Assembly (NCBI GenBank): GCA_002269645.1
Contig: NIVC01003058.1
Location: forward strand, 1-64,000
From: Macrostomum lignano
Taxonomy: Eukaryota
Reading direction: 5' to 3'
Length of the DNA stretch: 64,000 nucleotides
The translations under genes and the position numbers were made by a program. Shown here one piece after another: positions 37,856 through 50,628 of the stretch. A model generated the notes under the pieces. That model was not told the origin of the DNA. It did no database searches and worked only from the letters and a program-made list of their open reading frames with translations. Each line of letters starts with the position of its first letter. The stretch's first letter is position 1.

Positions 37856-40800
37856 TCATACGGACACCTCGGTCTGACTCTCCAGACTCTTAATCATCTG
37901 ATACCCCGAGTGCACCACAATAGCCTTCATGACCTGGTCGATGGTGGCGTAGTGCAGCGTAAAGTAATGTATGTTAAGCTTGCACTTGCTGGAGTACAGC
38001 CAGTCAAGGGTGTTTGACAGACAGCCAATGCTTTGAATCGGCAGAGCGAATTGCATTCTGGCGGTCCATTGCTCGATCAGGATTGCTCCGTAAAATTTGT
38101 CCAGCACGATGGCGGCCAGCTGATCTTTGCGGCGTTGCAGCGCTTCGTGGGTCTCCTTAGTGTTACTGGCGATTTGCATCTCTAAGAAGTACATCGTCTT
38201 GTACCTGCAGGTGGGTTTTTGAGGGGACACTGAGCTTTGTAAACTTTTAACACAGCAATAGCTTTAAAGTGCAAAACCCGAAATACTTTGTATGAAAATA
38301 GGACGTCCTCGGCGGTCAGAGAAATTAGCATAACCCATAAGAACTTGTTGATAAGATTGTTTTCAAATTTCAAAGTCGTACTCAATTTTTGCTTGCTAAG
38401 TTTACCGGTATATCTTTCAAAGTGTGAAAAAAGTGTCGCTTTTCATTTACCTTAGTATTAAGTCGTTCACCGAGCTGAGAGCAATCATTAACCCGTGGTT
38501 CATAATGCACATCCGGTCGCAAAGGAACTCCGCCTCTTCTACGCATTGCGTCGCGAGCACTATGCCTCGCCTTTTGCTAACCATGGACTTGATGTTGTTC
38601 CATAGCAACTGTCTACCGTCGTGGTCGATTCCGGAAGAAATTTCGTCGATGGCCATCAGCGGTGGGTCGGCCAGCTGCGCAATTGCCAGAGTGAGACGCC
38701 TCTTCAAGCCCGCATTGGCTTGCTCGACCCGCGTGATTAATTCCTGCTCCTGGAAGAGCTCCTTCTCCAACTGCTGCACCCTGCCAGCCGACACACCAAT
38801 TACCCTGGCGTAGAAGTTTAGATTTTCGCCAACGCTCAACCTGTGATAAAGTGGATCAGTCCTCGGGCAGTAGCCAATGTAGCCCTGGTGGGCTGCTGTT
38901 ACGCTTGGCAACCACTTGTCGTTAACCTGAATGTCAACATTTCCGGCGCATTTCTGCTTTTCATCTCCAGCAATGGCACGCATAGCCGGCGTCTTGCCGC
39001 TGCCGCATGGCCCAATCAAGCCGAAAACTTCGCCAGACTTCAAGCCGAAGGTGAGATTTCTTAGCGCCACGGCGCCATCAGCGTTAATAGCTTTGAGCAC
39101 GCTGACTTGCATCAGATGTTGCTGGCTTTTCGGCACGTTAATTACGTTTTCTATTTCCTTTCGAATGGCCGTTTCCCTGCAGTGCTCGTAGACTCTGGGT
39201 TCCGTGACGGCTTCACCTTTCTTGCAGCACCTGTGCCTATTTTCGAGTAGCACGAGTAGCAAAACCAATAGAATAAAGTGAACCGGCAGTGCAATAATTG
39301 AGTCTCTTAAATGCGGCACGCTGAAAAAGAAGTTGAGCAGGCTTGGCACTGGCAACTGCTCCATCGACCAGAAGTAGGACAAGCTATAGTACGCGAATCG
39401 CATGCCATAGAATGACGGTGCAATTGCTGCAAACTGCGGAAACAGGAAGATAAACAATTCGCCCATCAAGTCATTGGACTGAACTAGCACAACGGACAAA
39501 GCGACTAGCAGTGAGAAAAGTGCATAAAAAGTTATTATCACGTAGCTAACTTCTTTTACTAGCGTGCTAACAGAGTAAGCAGCTAAGAGACTGTTGACTA
39601 GTCCAAATACCAGAGTTAGCGGCATGATGGCTAACAGAAAAAGCGAAGTGGCGTAACCAGATGATAGCAGCGCAAGTAGAGGAACAATACTGATTAGGTA
39701 TAGTGCAATCAGAGGAATCCAGTGGGCTATTATTTTGCAGAACCAGTAGCTCCATAGTGGTAAACCCATCGACATTAGTTGGTGCCGCACGCCGCTCTTT
39801 TTGTCATGAATGACATCATCCAAGAAGATCACCGGAACCACTGATATAAATGTCACTAGTACAAATAGGCCATAAAACTGAAAGAATGTTCCTCTCATAT
39901 CTTGAATTCCCTCAACAACTATCAACATTTTGGTATCCATCGAGGAGTCTTTGTAAATTTTCTTTATCATCACGTTCAACAAGTGACCGTAGACCTTAAT
40001 CGCAGTCGCCACGAAATACGTCGGTGTGTAGTTAGACGTCGGGATGTATGCGCCAACGGATATCGTATGGTTCTTTGTGTACGTAGGAATGGGCTTTCGA
40101 TCTGGACAGAAGTCATTGCCAAATATTATTGGACACACTACTTTGGAATTCTTGCAGGTTTTTTTGATTTTTTCCAGATTTTTCGGAGCCAATAGAGCCG
40201 CTTGAAGATTGCCGCGAGGATACTTTTCTATCAACAGTTCCATTGGCACTACATTTTCTGATAGCGCGTCACTAGTGAGCATTGACGAGCAGTCTTTTTT
40301 ATTTAGCGCGTCAAAATGATTTGCAACGTTTTCTGATAGTGGATACATGCAGATGCCTCTACGAGTACTTTCTTCGACTTGAGACGTATCGCTAAGATTG
40401 ACCCACAGAGAAATATTGTCGTTCTTTTTACCGCGCTCAAGAAATGCACCCAGGGCGATTAGTGCAACGAGAAATAATGGCATCGCAATGCGAGTAACAA
40501 TCCTCACTTTTGAGCGGAATGTTTGGAGAACGCTTGACACAAGCATCGCAAAGATAGTTCGCAAAAGCGACGGCATGCGCTTCACCTTACCTGGAGTGTC
40601 TGGTGGATCTACAGGCTTTTTCTTCATCAGTGCCTTAATCCGATCAACATCGTCAGCAACGTAGCCAATTGTACCCATCTCAAAGTGTCTATCGACTTCT
40701 TTAGGCGGAATTGATTTCAACTTTGAAAAAACGTCGTCAAGCGAATGGTGCACAATTCCGTACTCGTCGATTAGTTTGGCTAACTTCTCTATCTCGGCAG

Positions 40801-43128
40801 TAACAGGGAATAGGATGCTGTCGTCCATTACTGATACTTCAAATTCGACGTCAGCGTTTGAAAAGCTGCGCACTCGCACGGAATTAAATTTTGACGTTAT
40901 TTTGCGAATGATGTAAGGCACATGAAACTCAGTCTTGCTGGCAATCTGGATGATAAACCTGCAGTCGAATGCGCGTTTAAAGAAAAAAGGCGACCCGGCG
41001 CAGAGAACTCTGCCGCCTGATAAGAACACAATTCTGTCGGCGACAGCTTCCGCTTCGTTTATAAACAGCGTGCTGACAATCACAGAGTGGCCGATTTTGA
41101 ACTCGTGCAGCAGCTGCCACAGCCGTCGTTTTGAAATGTAGTCCATGTCTCTCGACGGATCGTCAAGCAGAACCACCCTGGGCTGTCCTATGAGTGCGAT
41201 TGCGACAGAAACTTTTCGCTTCTCGCTATATGACAGGTTCTGTATTGACTCTTCTATTTTGCTTTCAATGCCCAGCGACGATAGAATGTGCCGAACCTTA
41301 TTCTCTTCACGGTCCCAACTTTTGCCTGTACTCAAAACTGCAAGCTTGATCGTGTCAGATACTGACAGCCTGTCAACCAGACCATCATGTTGAGGACAAT
41401 AGCCAATGGAACTGCACATATGATAGCGAGTCAGTGAATCCGTGATCGTCACTTTGTCAACAGTGGCTAGGCCGGCTGTCGCGTTACGCTCACCGGAGAG
41501 AATCTGCATCAGAATCGATTTTCCAGATCCGTTGTGCCCAACGACGGCTGTTATCTGGTCCTGGTAGAATTTTGCTGGGATGAAAGAATTTGAGTGTTAA
41601 GATTTTGTATCTCTTTGGATTTGTTAAAAAATTTTGCAATATAAAAAAATCTAAAATTTAATTAGTAGAAAAACTTACTGGAAAAATTTGACAAGGCATC
41701 CTCGTTCTTTGTCATGCAGGAAGCAAACGATTTTTTTATTCCCTTGGTCGCTACCAGAACCCTCCACCAGTTCTGGGCTGCTTCGAACATTGCGGAAGCC
41801 TCCTTGTCATCTTCTTGAGGTTGCTTTTTTGGACGGGACCAAAATCCACTAGTGAAGTAGAAAGTACACGGCAATCTCCAGCCGTTGCCGCTTTTGAACA
41901 CAAAGTCAAAATACACTGTAAACAATATTGTCAGGGCCAGAAATCCTCCGCTAACATACATCATCAAAGAGTCAACTTTGTTGTCTGAAATATTCGTCAA
42001 GCCAGTAAAAAGTTGCTCAGCCAAATGTCCTGCTGGCATTATTAGCAGAATATATCGCACGAATATTGGACCCTCTGCTAGATACATTCTGTTTGCCAGA
42101 ACAATAGCCACCACAATTATCAGGTAAGTGCAACAATAAGCTCCGGACAGGGCTAGCTGCTTAGTGACGATAGAGAATAGCAGTACTGTTGCAGCCACTA
42201 AGCAGAATTGTAAAAGAGCTCCCACAAAGGTGTCAACCAGCTGCGTTGAAGAGAAAAAGCTGATGCACTGGACCAGATAGGCTGTTGTTATCACGCCAGC
42301 AAACAAGGCCATTTCAAACAGCGTTATGGTCCAAATAGCAGCCCAATAGGCTAAAACGCCTAAGCCTTTGCGAAATAGGATCTGCAGGTATCCGTGCTGC
42401 TTTAACTCGTAGATGCATGTCATTGTGCTGACGAACAGATAGAATACTAGTGTGATTAACACGCATATTACCTGAGCCATAATGGTCTTGGGAAACACCA
42501 CAGGAAAATTGGCGTCTTTCTTGCATATTGTCATCTCCCCACCGACTATTTCATCGAACAGTTCGATTTTCGACATAAGTCGAAACACTGACGTTGAATG
42601 AAACTCGTGGACTGTTCCGTTGAAAAAGGTTTGCGAAGTTCTTACTAAGTAGGCCATAAAAGGGCAATGCATTTCCGAGCCGATAGACATTTGGCAGATG
42701 AGATGAGATGCGCCGCCTCTGTATTTTCCAAAATGAACAAAATGGCTGAGCATGCCGCTTCTCCTGCCTAGTAGGTTTCGAAAATACATCTCATTGCAGA
42801 TCTCCTCCGAGTCGCAGCCCTCAATGCTGGATGAGAAGTCGAAACCCGTCATTCTCTCAATCATCTCTTTCAGCTTATTCAACTCACGAAGCTTCTCCGG
42901 GACGAAGCCTACTATGATGTTACGGTCTCCAAACTCTGCCGGGCCCACCTGCACAAGGTTTTTCTCGCCCCTTTGTTGCATCCACGAGTCGACAATGTCG
43001 TATAGGTAGATATTAGAGAACAGAGCGGCGATGACAATGAGCATGAATAGGAAGCGCCAGCTCTTCAACTTGATGAGGACTAGCAACAGCCGGCCGTACT
43101 GCCCGAAGAATCCCATCTGGCGATGCAA
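37856..43128 (-). CDS. ABCA-family full transporter, paralog 3 (exons 43128-41679, 41574-38451, 38204-37856; ~1640 aa)
   Basis: Spliced NBD1 reads TKFYQDQITAVVGHNGSGKSIL; NBD2 GPCGSGKT. GT-AG introns of phase 1 (104 bp) and phase 2 (246 bp); collinear with paralog 2 throughout. The start may be the second Met (43116). Confidence 0.9.
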
Positions 43129-43404
43129 TCGACTGGCTGTATCGGACTATCGGATGTAATCTAGGCCCGAATCGGTAAAGTGAGATTTGCTTGCTTTGCT
43201 GTTTGCTGCGTCACGGGATCTGCGGCAAAGGTTAAATAGATAAATTCACAACTTTAATACTAGATCGATTTTATATAAAATGATGTTTACGTGGACAAGA
43301 TATCCACGGAGCCAAGCTTGTAAGTAGTTTAAAGGCTCAGATCAGGAGATTACTCAGGTGGCTAATGACTTTAAAATATAGGCATATAAAATCTGTTGAT
43401 TTTA

Positions 43405-43500
43405 ATGGGTTGTAGCCTAGTGATTAGAGCGTGTGTGGCGAATTGTTGAGGGTGTGTGGCGACTGGCGACACCCCCAGTCCTTGGACTGAACAGCCGTAC
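43405..43500 (+). mobile_element. Internally deleted copy of the tRNA/CORE SINE
   Basis: Head GGGTTGTAGCCTAGTGATTAGAGCG joined to a tail GTGTGGCGAC…CCCCCAGTCCTTG…GAACAG resembling ~61120-61160. Confidence 0.5.
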
Positions 43501-44090
43501 GCAGCATTCAGATGCGCCGCGCAATAGCAATAGTCACTTACCGGCAAAAGATGAGACTCCAGCGACATTCACGAAAATTGTATTGCCCAAAACTGATACA
43601 GCAGTTTATCGTTCCTCGCGCTGATTGAAACTTGCTGCTAATTGGGTTAAAAAAGTGGTTAGGTATTATTCTGAATTTCTGATTTCTGCTTCCCTTCGGT
43701 ATCAACAAACTCAATTGCAAACGGGCTTTTCGGGCCATAGACGATAAAGTGTACGCATCAGCTATCGTAGCTGCATACTCGAAGTTTTTTAAAGATCTAC
43801 TTCAATTAAAGTACCTTTGTTTGCAAATTATACCCATAGATCAATATATGGCAGTATCAATAAAACCTACATTTTCAAGCTTTAATGCATTGTCTTTATA
43901 TCTCGAATACAGAACGATAACGATTACGATTACTCACAGAGGTGTAGGAATCTAGTTCTAATTTTGCTGTTGAACACTTTAGATTTATCTTGCTCTTTGC
44001 AGAAACTATCATATTTTTGAGTGAATCAAGGACACCACTGTAGCATAATAGAACGTAAAACTGAATGATTGTGTAATTTTACAGTCCAAA

Positions 44091-45290
44091 TTAGCAATCT
44101 AGTTCCCCCCTCGGGCGCGCAATAAGCAAGGAGCAAAAATTATTCATGGAAAACAATTAAAAAGAACGAAGAACTTAAGAACGAATTCCTTCAGTTTTAT
44201 AAATCACCTTATTCGAGTAAAATTGTCCGGGACAAAGATTTTTGCTATGAATCTTTTTTTCTAAAGTAAAAAAAGCAACAAAATATAGCATTCACAAAGA
44301 TAACAGACATTCCCCCTAAATAGAAAACATCCCCAAGACAGCAAGCATCCCCTCCATATAGCAAGCATCCTCCCAGCTAGCAAGCATCCCCCAGATAGCA
44401 AGCCTCCCCCAGATAGCAAACATCCTCCCAGATAGCAAGCATCCCCCCAGATAGCAAGCATCCCCCAGATAGCAAGCATCCCCCAGATAGCAAGCATCCC
44501 CCCAGATAGCAAGCATCCCCCAGATAGCAAGCATCCCCCAGTTAGCAAGCATCCCCCATATAGCAAACATCCTCCCAGATAGCAAGCATCCCCCAGATAG
44601 CAAGCATCCCCCAGATAGCAAGCATCCCCCAGATACATGTAGAAGTATGCCGCCCAGATATAAGCATCCTGCAGATAGCAAGAATCCCTAAATAGCAAGC
44701 ATCCCTGGATAGAAAGAATCCCATACATGTAGATACATGTAGCCAGCAGTACCCCCCTCTCCCAAATAGCAAGTACCCTCTCCCCCTCGAGAGCAAGCAT
44801 CCCCACGATAGTAAGCAACCCCCCCCCTAAATATAATAGTTATTACCTCCAGATACAATAGCAAACATCCACCAGACAGCAAGTAGCTAGTGCAAATACT
44901 TCCTCCACTAATGCAATAATCGCTTTCTCAGGTTGTGCAATAATCCAAGTCTCAGATAGCGCAATAATCCGCTTCTCAGCTAGTGCAATATTCATTTTCT
45001 TATCTGGTGCAATAATCCTTTACTCATCAAGTGCAAAAATCGATGTCTCAGCTAGTACATTAGTCCCTTTTTAAGCTATAGTGCAATAATCTCTTGGCTT
45101 ATTAAGTGCAGTAATCCTTAGCTTATCAAGTTCAATAATCCTTGGTTAATCAATTGTGCAATAATCATTGGCTTATCAAGTGCAGTAATCCCTGCTTTAT
45201 CAAGCGCAGTAATCCTTGGTTTATCAAGTTCAGTAATCCTTAGCTTATCAAGTGCAATCAAGCGCAGGTTTATCAAGCGCAGTAATACAT
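44091..45290 (-). mobile_element. Helitron-like 3' portion with 18-bp minisatellite (CCCCCAGATAGCAAGCAT, ~44320-44885) and a degenerate ~24-bp array (~45000-45290)
   Basis: Minus-strand end GATTGCTAA|T (44091-44094) after a GC-rich stem; the 18-bp array and AGCTAGTGCAA flank match 58620-58950 in reverse. Confidence 0.62.
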
Positions 45291-46540
45291 GTATTTTAAT
45301 TAGTCCTCTAAAGCAGTAAATTACGTCAGTTTGAGGCAGGTATCTGACTCTAACTGGTTTTAACCCCCCCCCCGCGCCGACCTGGCCTCGCTTTGGTGGG
45401 TTGGTGGGATGCTGGTGCTCTGCGTGCGTGCAGGGCTTAGGGCAGCCTCCCCCTCCGCTCTGTGCTATTTAATCACGCGTCGCGGCCGCTGAGTCGGCAT
45501 ATTTTTGGCAAAATATTTTTTAGCCTGCCTGAATTGCCAAGCACTGCACTCACAATTGACTCCACGTTAGGCAGCATGACCGTGCAGGCCCTCAAAAGAT
45601 GCCTTACGCGAGAAGGCCTTACCTACAAGTGGCAATAAAGAAGAGCTGATAGGCCGCCTGCTCGCTGCAAGCCAGGCCGAACGAGCTCCCAGCGACGACG
45701 ACGGTGACGACGACTAGGACAAAGATGACGTGCGCCGGGCTGCACCAGCGGAGGAGGCCACAGAAGCGCAGATTCGGCAGACTCAGAAGAGGATCGAGCT
45801 GCTGAAACTACACAAGGCTGAGGCCCAGTTGCGGGATGAAGTGCAGTCGATCCGCAGTGGCGCCGCATCGCCCCCGCTGGCCAGAGGAGGGCCGGACATC
45901 TACGCCAGCCTGTTCGGGGACCAGGGCCGACAACCGAGGTTTGATTCGGCCGGAGCCCAGCGGCCCCCATCAGCGCTGCTCATCCCGGACTTTCTGGACG
46001 AGAGGCAGCAGTCGGGAGGATGGCTGACGCAGGAACGTGGTCGCCTGACTCTGAAAGGCGCAACGCCGAGCCTGTCCGGAGTCAACTTCGGCCAGTGGGT
46101 GGCTGCCAACGCGCGGATCATGCAGCGACTGCTGGAGACCGGCCAGCTGGTGGCGCCCGGTACGGATGGTCAGCCCGACTGCAAGAGTCTGAACGCCTAC
46201 CTCAACTTTAACATCCACATCGGCGAGCTGATCGACGCTGGCTACGACTGGAAGGTGGTGCTCCAGTACGACCAGGACATGAGGCTGCAGCAGCACTCGC
46301 GACAGCGCGACTGGGACAGCCCCGATCTGAACCTCATCATCAAGCATATGACGGCGCCCAAAAACCTGCGAGCTGCTGGCCCAGTGGCGGTCGGTCAAGG
46401 AGTCCAGGGTCACCGTAGCAGGGGCCAGCTGTCATCCGCTGGACAGGTCATCTGCGGCCTGTTCAATAGCAAAAAAGGCTGTCACAGACACACCTGCAAT
46501 TTTGCCTACATCTGCCGCATCTGCGAAGGGAGCCACTCAA

Positions 46541-49500
46541 GGGAGGGGGAGCAACGACCTGCGCCTCCCCGAGGTGCCCTCTGGAGGATCGAAAGGTCCA
46601 CGAAATGCAGGTCAGCAACGGGCCCTTCCCGAGGCCCAACACCGCGACGCAGTCTCTTCGTCGCCCAATTGGCATCTGGCGGCCACCTGCCGATTAAATG
46701 ACTAACCGACGCCTCAACCAGCCCGCCGAGCCTCAACGGCGGGCCCCTGGCGGCGCGAGGCGCCCCCCGACCCAGTGGCCCGTGCGCGCGCGGCCCCGGT
46801 AGCCTGCACCTCCTGCAACTCAACGCAGAGGGCGTCGCCTCCAAGATGCCCGAATTGTGCAAGCTGCTGCTGGATCTGCGCATCGACGCGGCGTGCCTGC
46901 AAGAGACCCACACCACCGAGGGTCGGGATCCGCGCCTGCCGGGGTTCAACGCGATCTGGCGCCACCGACAGAGCGGCCGGCGCTCCGGCGGCCCCACGCG
47001 CGGAGGAGGCGCTGCAATCCTCATCCGCGAGGGGCTGCGCTTCGAGGTGCTGCAGGAGCGCCCCTGCGCCCCCGATGACGTCACCACGGAGTGGGCCGGC
47101 GTCCGGGTTTTCCCCTCTGAAAAAAGTGTCGAGAGCCTGGACATCCACTGCCTCTACATCCCGCCGATCAGAACGGCTGAAGGCGACGACCGCGTGCAGC
47201 GCTTCAGCCCCCAGCACCTCCCGTCCGGCGTCAACACGGTGATCCTGGGCGACCTGAACGCGCACCATCCGGCCTGGGACCCTGAATCGGAAGAGTCGGA
47301 CCTGGGCACGGCGGTCTTCGAGTGGTCCGTGGTGTCCGGCATGCGCGAAGGCGGATTGGGCCAGTTTCCGCGCCCGGACCGAGGAAGCCCTGGCTGGCTG
47401 GGAGGCCTGCCCGCCCGAGTCGGTCAGCGAGGCCAACCAGCAGCTGACCACGGCCATCCAGGAAGCCGACAAGGCGTCTGTCCCTCGCGGGGCGCGGCCC
47501 TCCGCGAAGGCCTGGTGGACGCCAGAGGTCGACGACGCCGTGAAGGCTCGCCGCGCCGCGCGGGCCGCCGCCGCCGCCGACCCGAGCGTGCGGCCTGCCT
47601 GGAATCGAGCCTGTGCCGACGCCAAGAAGACGATCGCCGACGCCAAACGCGAGAGCTGGAGGACCTTCGCCGGCGAGGTGGCAGCTGACAGCGACCACTC
47701 CAAGATCTGGAGAGTTGTCCGCTCCTCGACGGCAGAAATAGCAACCTGCAGCGGGACGCAGCGCTCCGGGTGGGCCAAAAGACGCTCGTCCAGTCGAAGG
47801 ACATCGCCAAGGCCTACGCCCGTGAGTATGCCGCCGTCAGCCGCCTCCTGCAAGACCGCAGGACGCGAGACCTCCGCCGCGAGAACTTCCGCAGCAGCGT
47901 TTCGCGAGCCGGCGCCGACAGCCATGGGAGCAGAGACTTTGGAAATCCGTTCTCGCACCGCGAGCTGGACAGGGCTCTCCACTCCCTCCCGGCCAGGAAG
48001 GCCCCAGGACCCGATAAGATCTGCGCTGAACATCTGCAGCACCTCGGTGCCGCTGGCCGCCGGGCGGTCCTGCAGCTGATCAACGCGTCCTGGACCCAGG
48101 GGGAGGTCCCCGCGGCGTGGCGCCGTGCCCACATCGTGCCGATCCTCAAGAAGGGCAAGCCGGCCGACGAGATCGGCTCATACCGGCCGATTGCCCTCAC
48201 CTCCACTCTGGCTAAGCTGGCCGAGCGTCTGGTTCAAGCGCGGCTCTACTGGTGGGCCGAGTCCCGGCACCTGCTGCACCCCGCCCAAGCCGGCTTCCGC
48301 AAGCGGCGCAGCACCGAGGACCAGATTGCCCGGCTCACCCAGCTCATCAGCGACGGCCACCAGGCGGCCCCCGCCAGGCGGACGGTCGTCGTCCTTACGA
48401 CTTCCGGCGGGCGTACGACACAGTCTGGAAGCAGGGCCTGCTGCACAAGCTGCACAACGCCGGCATCCCAGCGGCCGGGGTCCGCTGGCTCAGCAGCTTC
48501 CTGGCCGATCGCCGCGCTGCCGTCAGGGTGGACGGCGCGCTGAGCAGCTGGCGGCTCTTCCCCGAGGGCCTGCCACAGGGGAGTGTCCTTGCCCCTCTGC
48601 TCTTTGCGCTGTACATCAACGACCTGCCTGACCACCTGCCGTCCGACTGCACGCCGTTCCCCTACGCCGACGACCTGGCCATCGCAGTGCAAGGCCTGAC
48701 CGTGGAAGAGGCCGAGACGAAGGCGCAGGCTGCGATCGACGCGGTCTCCGACTGGGGCGAACGAGTGGCGGATGGAGCTGGCGCCGAACAAGTGCGCCGC
48801 TTCTCTGTTCACCACCACCGCCGGAGAGGCCAGCCGCGAGCTGCGTCTGCGGCTGAACGACGCCCCGCTCTCGACGGACCGCCAGCCACGCTTCCTCGGC
48901 GTCATCCTGGACCGGCTGCTCAGCTTCACGGCGCACGCCGCCAACGTCGCCGGCCGCGCCCGCGCCCGCTGCGGCGTTCTGGCGGCGCTGTCTGGCAGCA
49001 ACTGGGGCGCCAAGCAGAGCAACGTGCGCCAGCTCTACACGGCCTACGTGCGGCCGGTGCTGGAGTACGCTTCCGGCGCCTGGATGCCGACGGCCTGCAG
49101 GACAGCTATCGACCACCTGGACCGGGCCCAGCGCCTGGGCGCGCGCACCATCACCGGGTGTCCACGGAACACCAGGTCGGAGGTGCTAGAGCGCGAGGCC
49201 GGATTGCCGCCGATGGCAGTCCGCGCGGAGATGCACGCTGGCCTCCTCCACGAGCGCGCCCTCAGGCTGCCGCATGACAACCCGCTGCGCGCCTGCGCGG
49301 CCAGCGTCGGCCCGCGCCGCCGCCTCCAAAGCGCCCGCGGCTGGCGCGAGACGGCAGCCAGTGTATGCAGCGCTGCAGGCCTGGGCGGCTTCCCGCGAGA
49401 GCCCGTCCACGCTGTCCCGACGACACCTCCCTGGGCTGTTCTGAACTCCGTCACCCTCGGGCTGCAGCTGGCCTCCCCGACCTCGCGGGGGGACCTGCCG

Positions 49501-50628
49501 GAGGCCCGGAGAGCCGCGGCGGAGCAGACGCTTGCCGCCCTGCCGCCCGCCAGCACCGTGGTCTGGACCGACGGAGCGGCGAAGGACGGCATCCTGGACG
49601 GCGGCAGCGGCGTCCTGGTCGAGCCCAACACGACGCTGTGCGTTGCTGCTGGCCATGTGACGTCCAGCTTCCACGCCGAGTTAGTGGCCATCGCTGAGAC
49701 CCTTCGGTGGGTGCTCGCGGCCCCGGACCTGGCAGAGCTATCGCGGTCCGCATCTGCTCCGACTCCCTGAGCGCGCTTAGCGCGCTCGCGTCCGGCCCCG
49801 GGTCGACGGGCGCCACCATGATCGACGCCGTCTGGGCCAGCCTCGCCGACCTCGCGGCCCGGGGAACCTCGGTCCACCTGCAGTGGGTGCCTGGCCACGC
49901 GGGAATCCCCGGCAACGAGGCCGTGGACGAGATCGCCAAGCGAGGCTCCACGCTGGCGCAAGGCACCGCGCCCGTCCCGCTAGCTGCCGCGCAGGCTGCC
50001 GTCCGCCGCCACTGCCTCGCCCGCTGGCACCAGATCTACAACGCGGCGGCCACCGAGGCGGCGAGCACGAGCTTCTTCTTCTTCTTCTTCTTCTTCGGGC
50101 GTGCTTGGGCCAGGGCCCATGGCACCGGGCGTCAGATGGCGCCCGCCTTCCCGAGGAAGTTCAACATCGCGACGCAGTTCTCGAAAACTGCCGCGGGCTC
50201 CGGGCTTGGCCCCCAGAGGCGGCAGCGGTGTGATGTGCGAGCACGAGCTCGCTTGCCTGGCACCTTGCCTGCACGGCGGGCCGCCTGCCGCCTCAGCCGA
50301 CGAGCGACCTCACGCGGCGGCAGGAGCGGCTGATCTGCCAGCTGCGCGCCGACTGCTGCCCGGCCCTGCGGGGCTTCCAGGCCGCCATCGGCGTTGACGT
50401 GGCCCCCACCTGCCGCTTCTGTGGCGATGGAGAGGAGACGGCGGCCCATCTGCTGATCTCCTGCCCCGCCCTGACATCACACCGCTGCCGCCTCTGGGGG
50501 CCAAGCCCGGAGCCCGCGGCAGTTTTCGAGAACTGCGTCGCGATGTTGAACTTCCTCGGGAAGGCGGGCGCCGTCTGACGCCCGGTGCAATGGGCCCTGG
50601 CCCGAGCACGCCCGAAGAAGAAGAAGAA
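46541..50628 (+). mobile_element. I/Ingi-group LINE (APE endonuclease, RT, RNase H, C-terminal Cys motif), defective copy
   Basis: LQLNAEG, CLQETH, GDLNAHH (APE); KAPGPD, YRPIALT, QAGFR, GLPQGSVL, YADD (RT); WTDG, AELVAI, SDSLS, WVPGHAGIPGNE (RNase H); CRFC…HLLISC; (GAA)n tail; 16-bp TSD GAAGGGAGCCACTCAA (46525-46540, 50629-50644). Several frameshifts and an apparent deletion near 47345. Confidence 0.92.
50074..50236 (-). mobile_element. Second, 5'-truncated copy of the same LINE inserted antisense inside the first
   Basis: Reverse complement of ~50470-50631 including the (GAA)n tail; 13-bp TSD GCGAGCACGAGCT (50061-50073, 50237-50249). Removing it restores the host reading frame. Confidence 0.88.

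Noticed and set aside
45730-46701. 323-aa ORF as a complete protein
   Set aside because: Its last ~53 codons are read-through into the LINE 5' end; the true gag tail is at 50645-50694.
46714-49961. Long antisense ORFs (472 aa, 305 aa), likewise 26956-27864 and 24312-25703 in the Gypsy element
   Set aside because: Shadow frames of GC-rich coding sequence; the conserved motifs are all in the sense retroelement frames.
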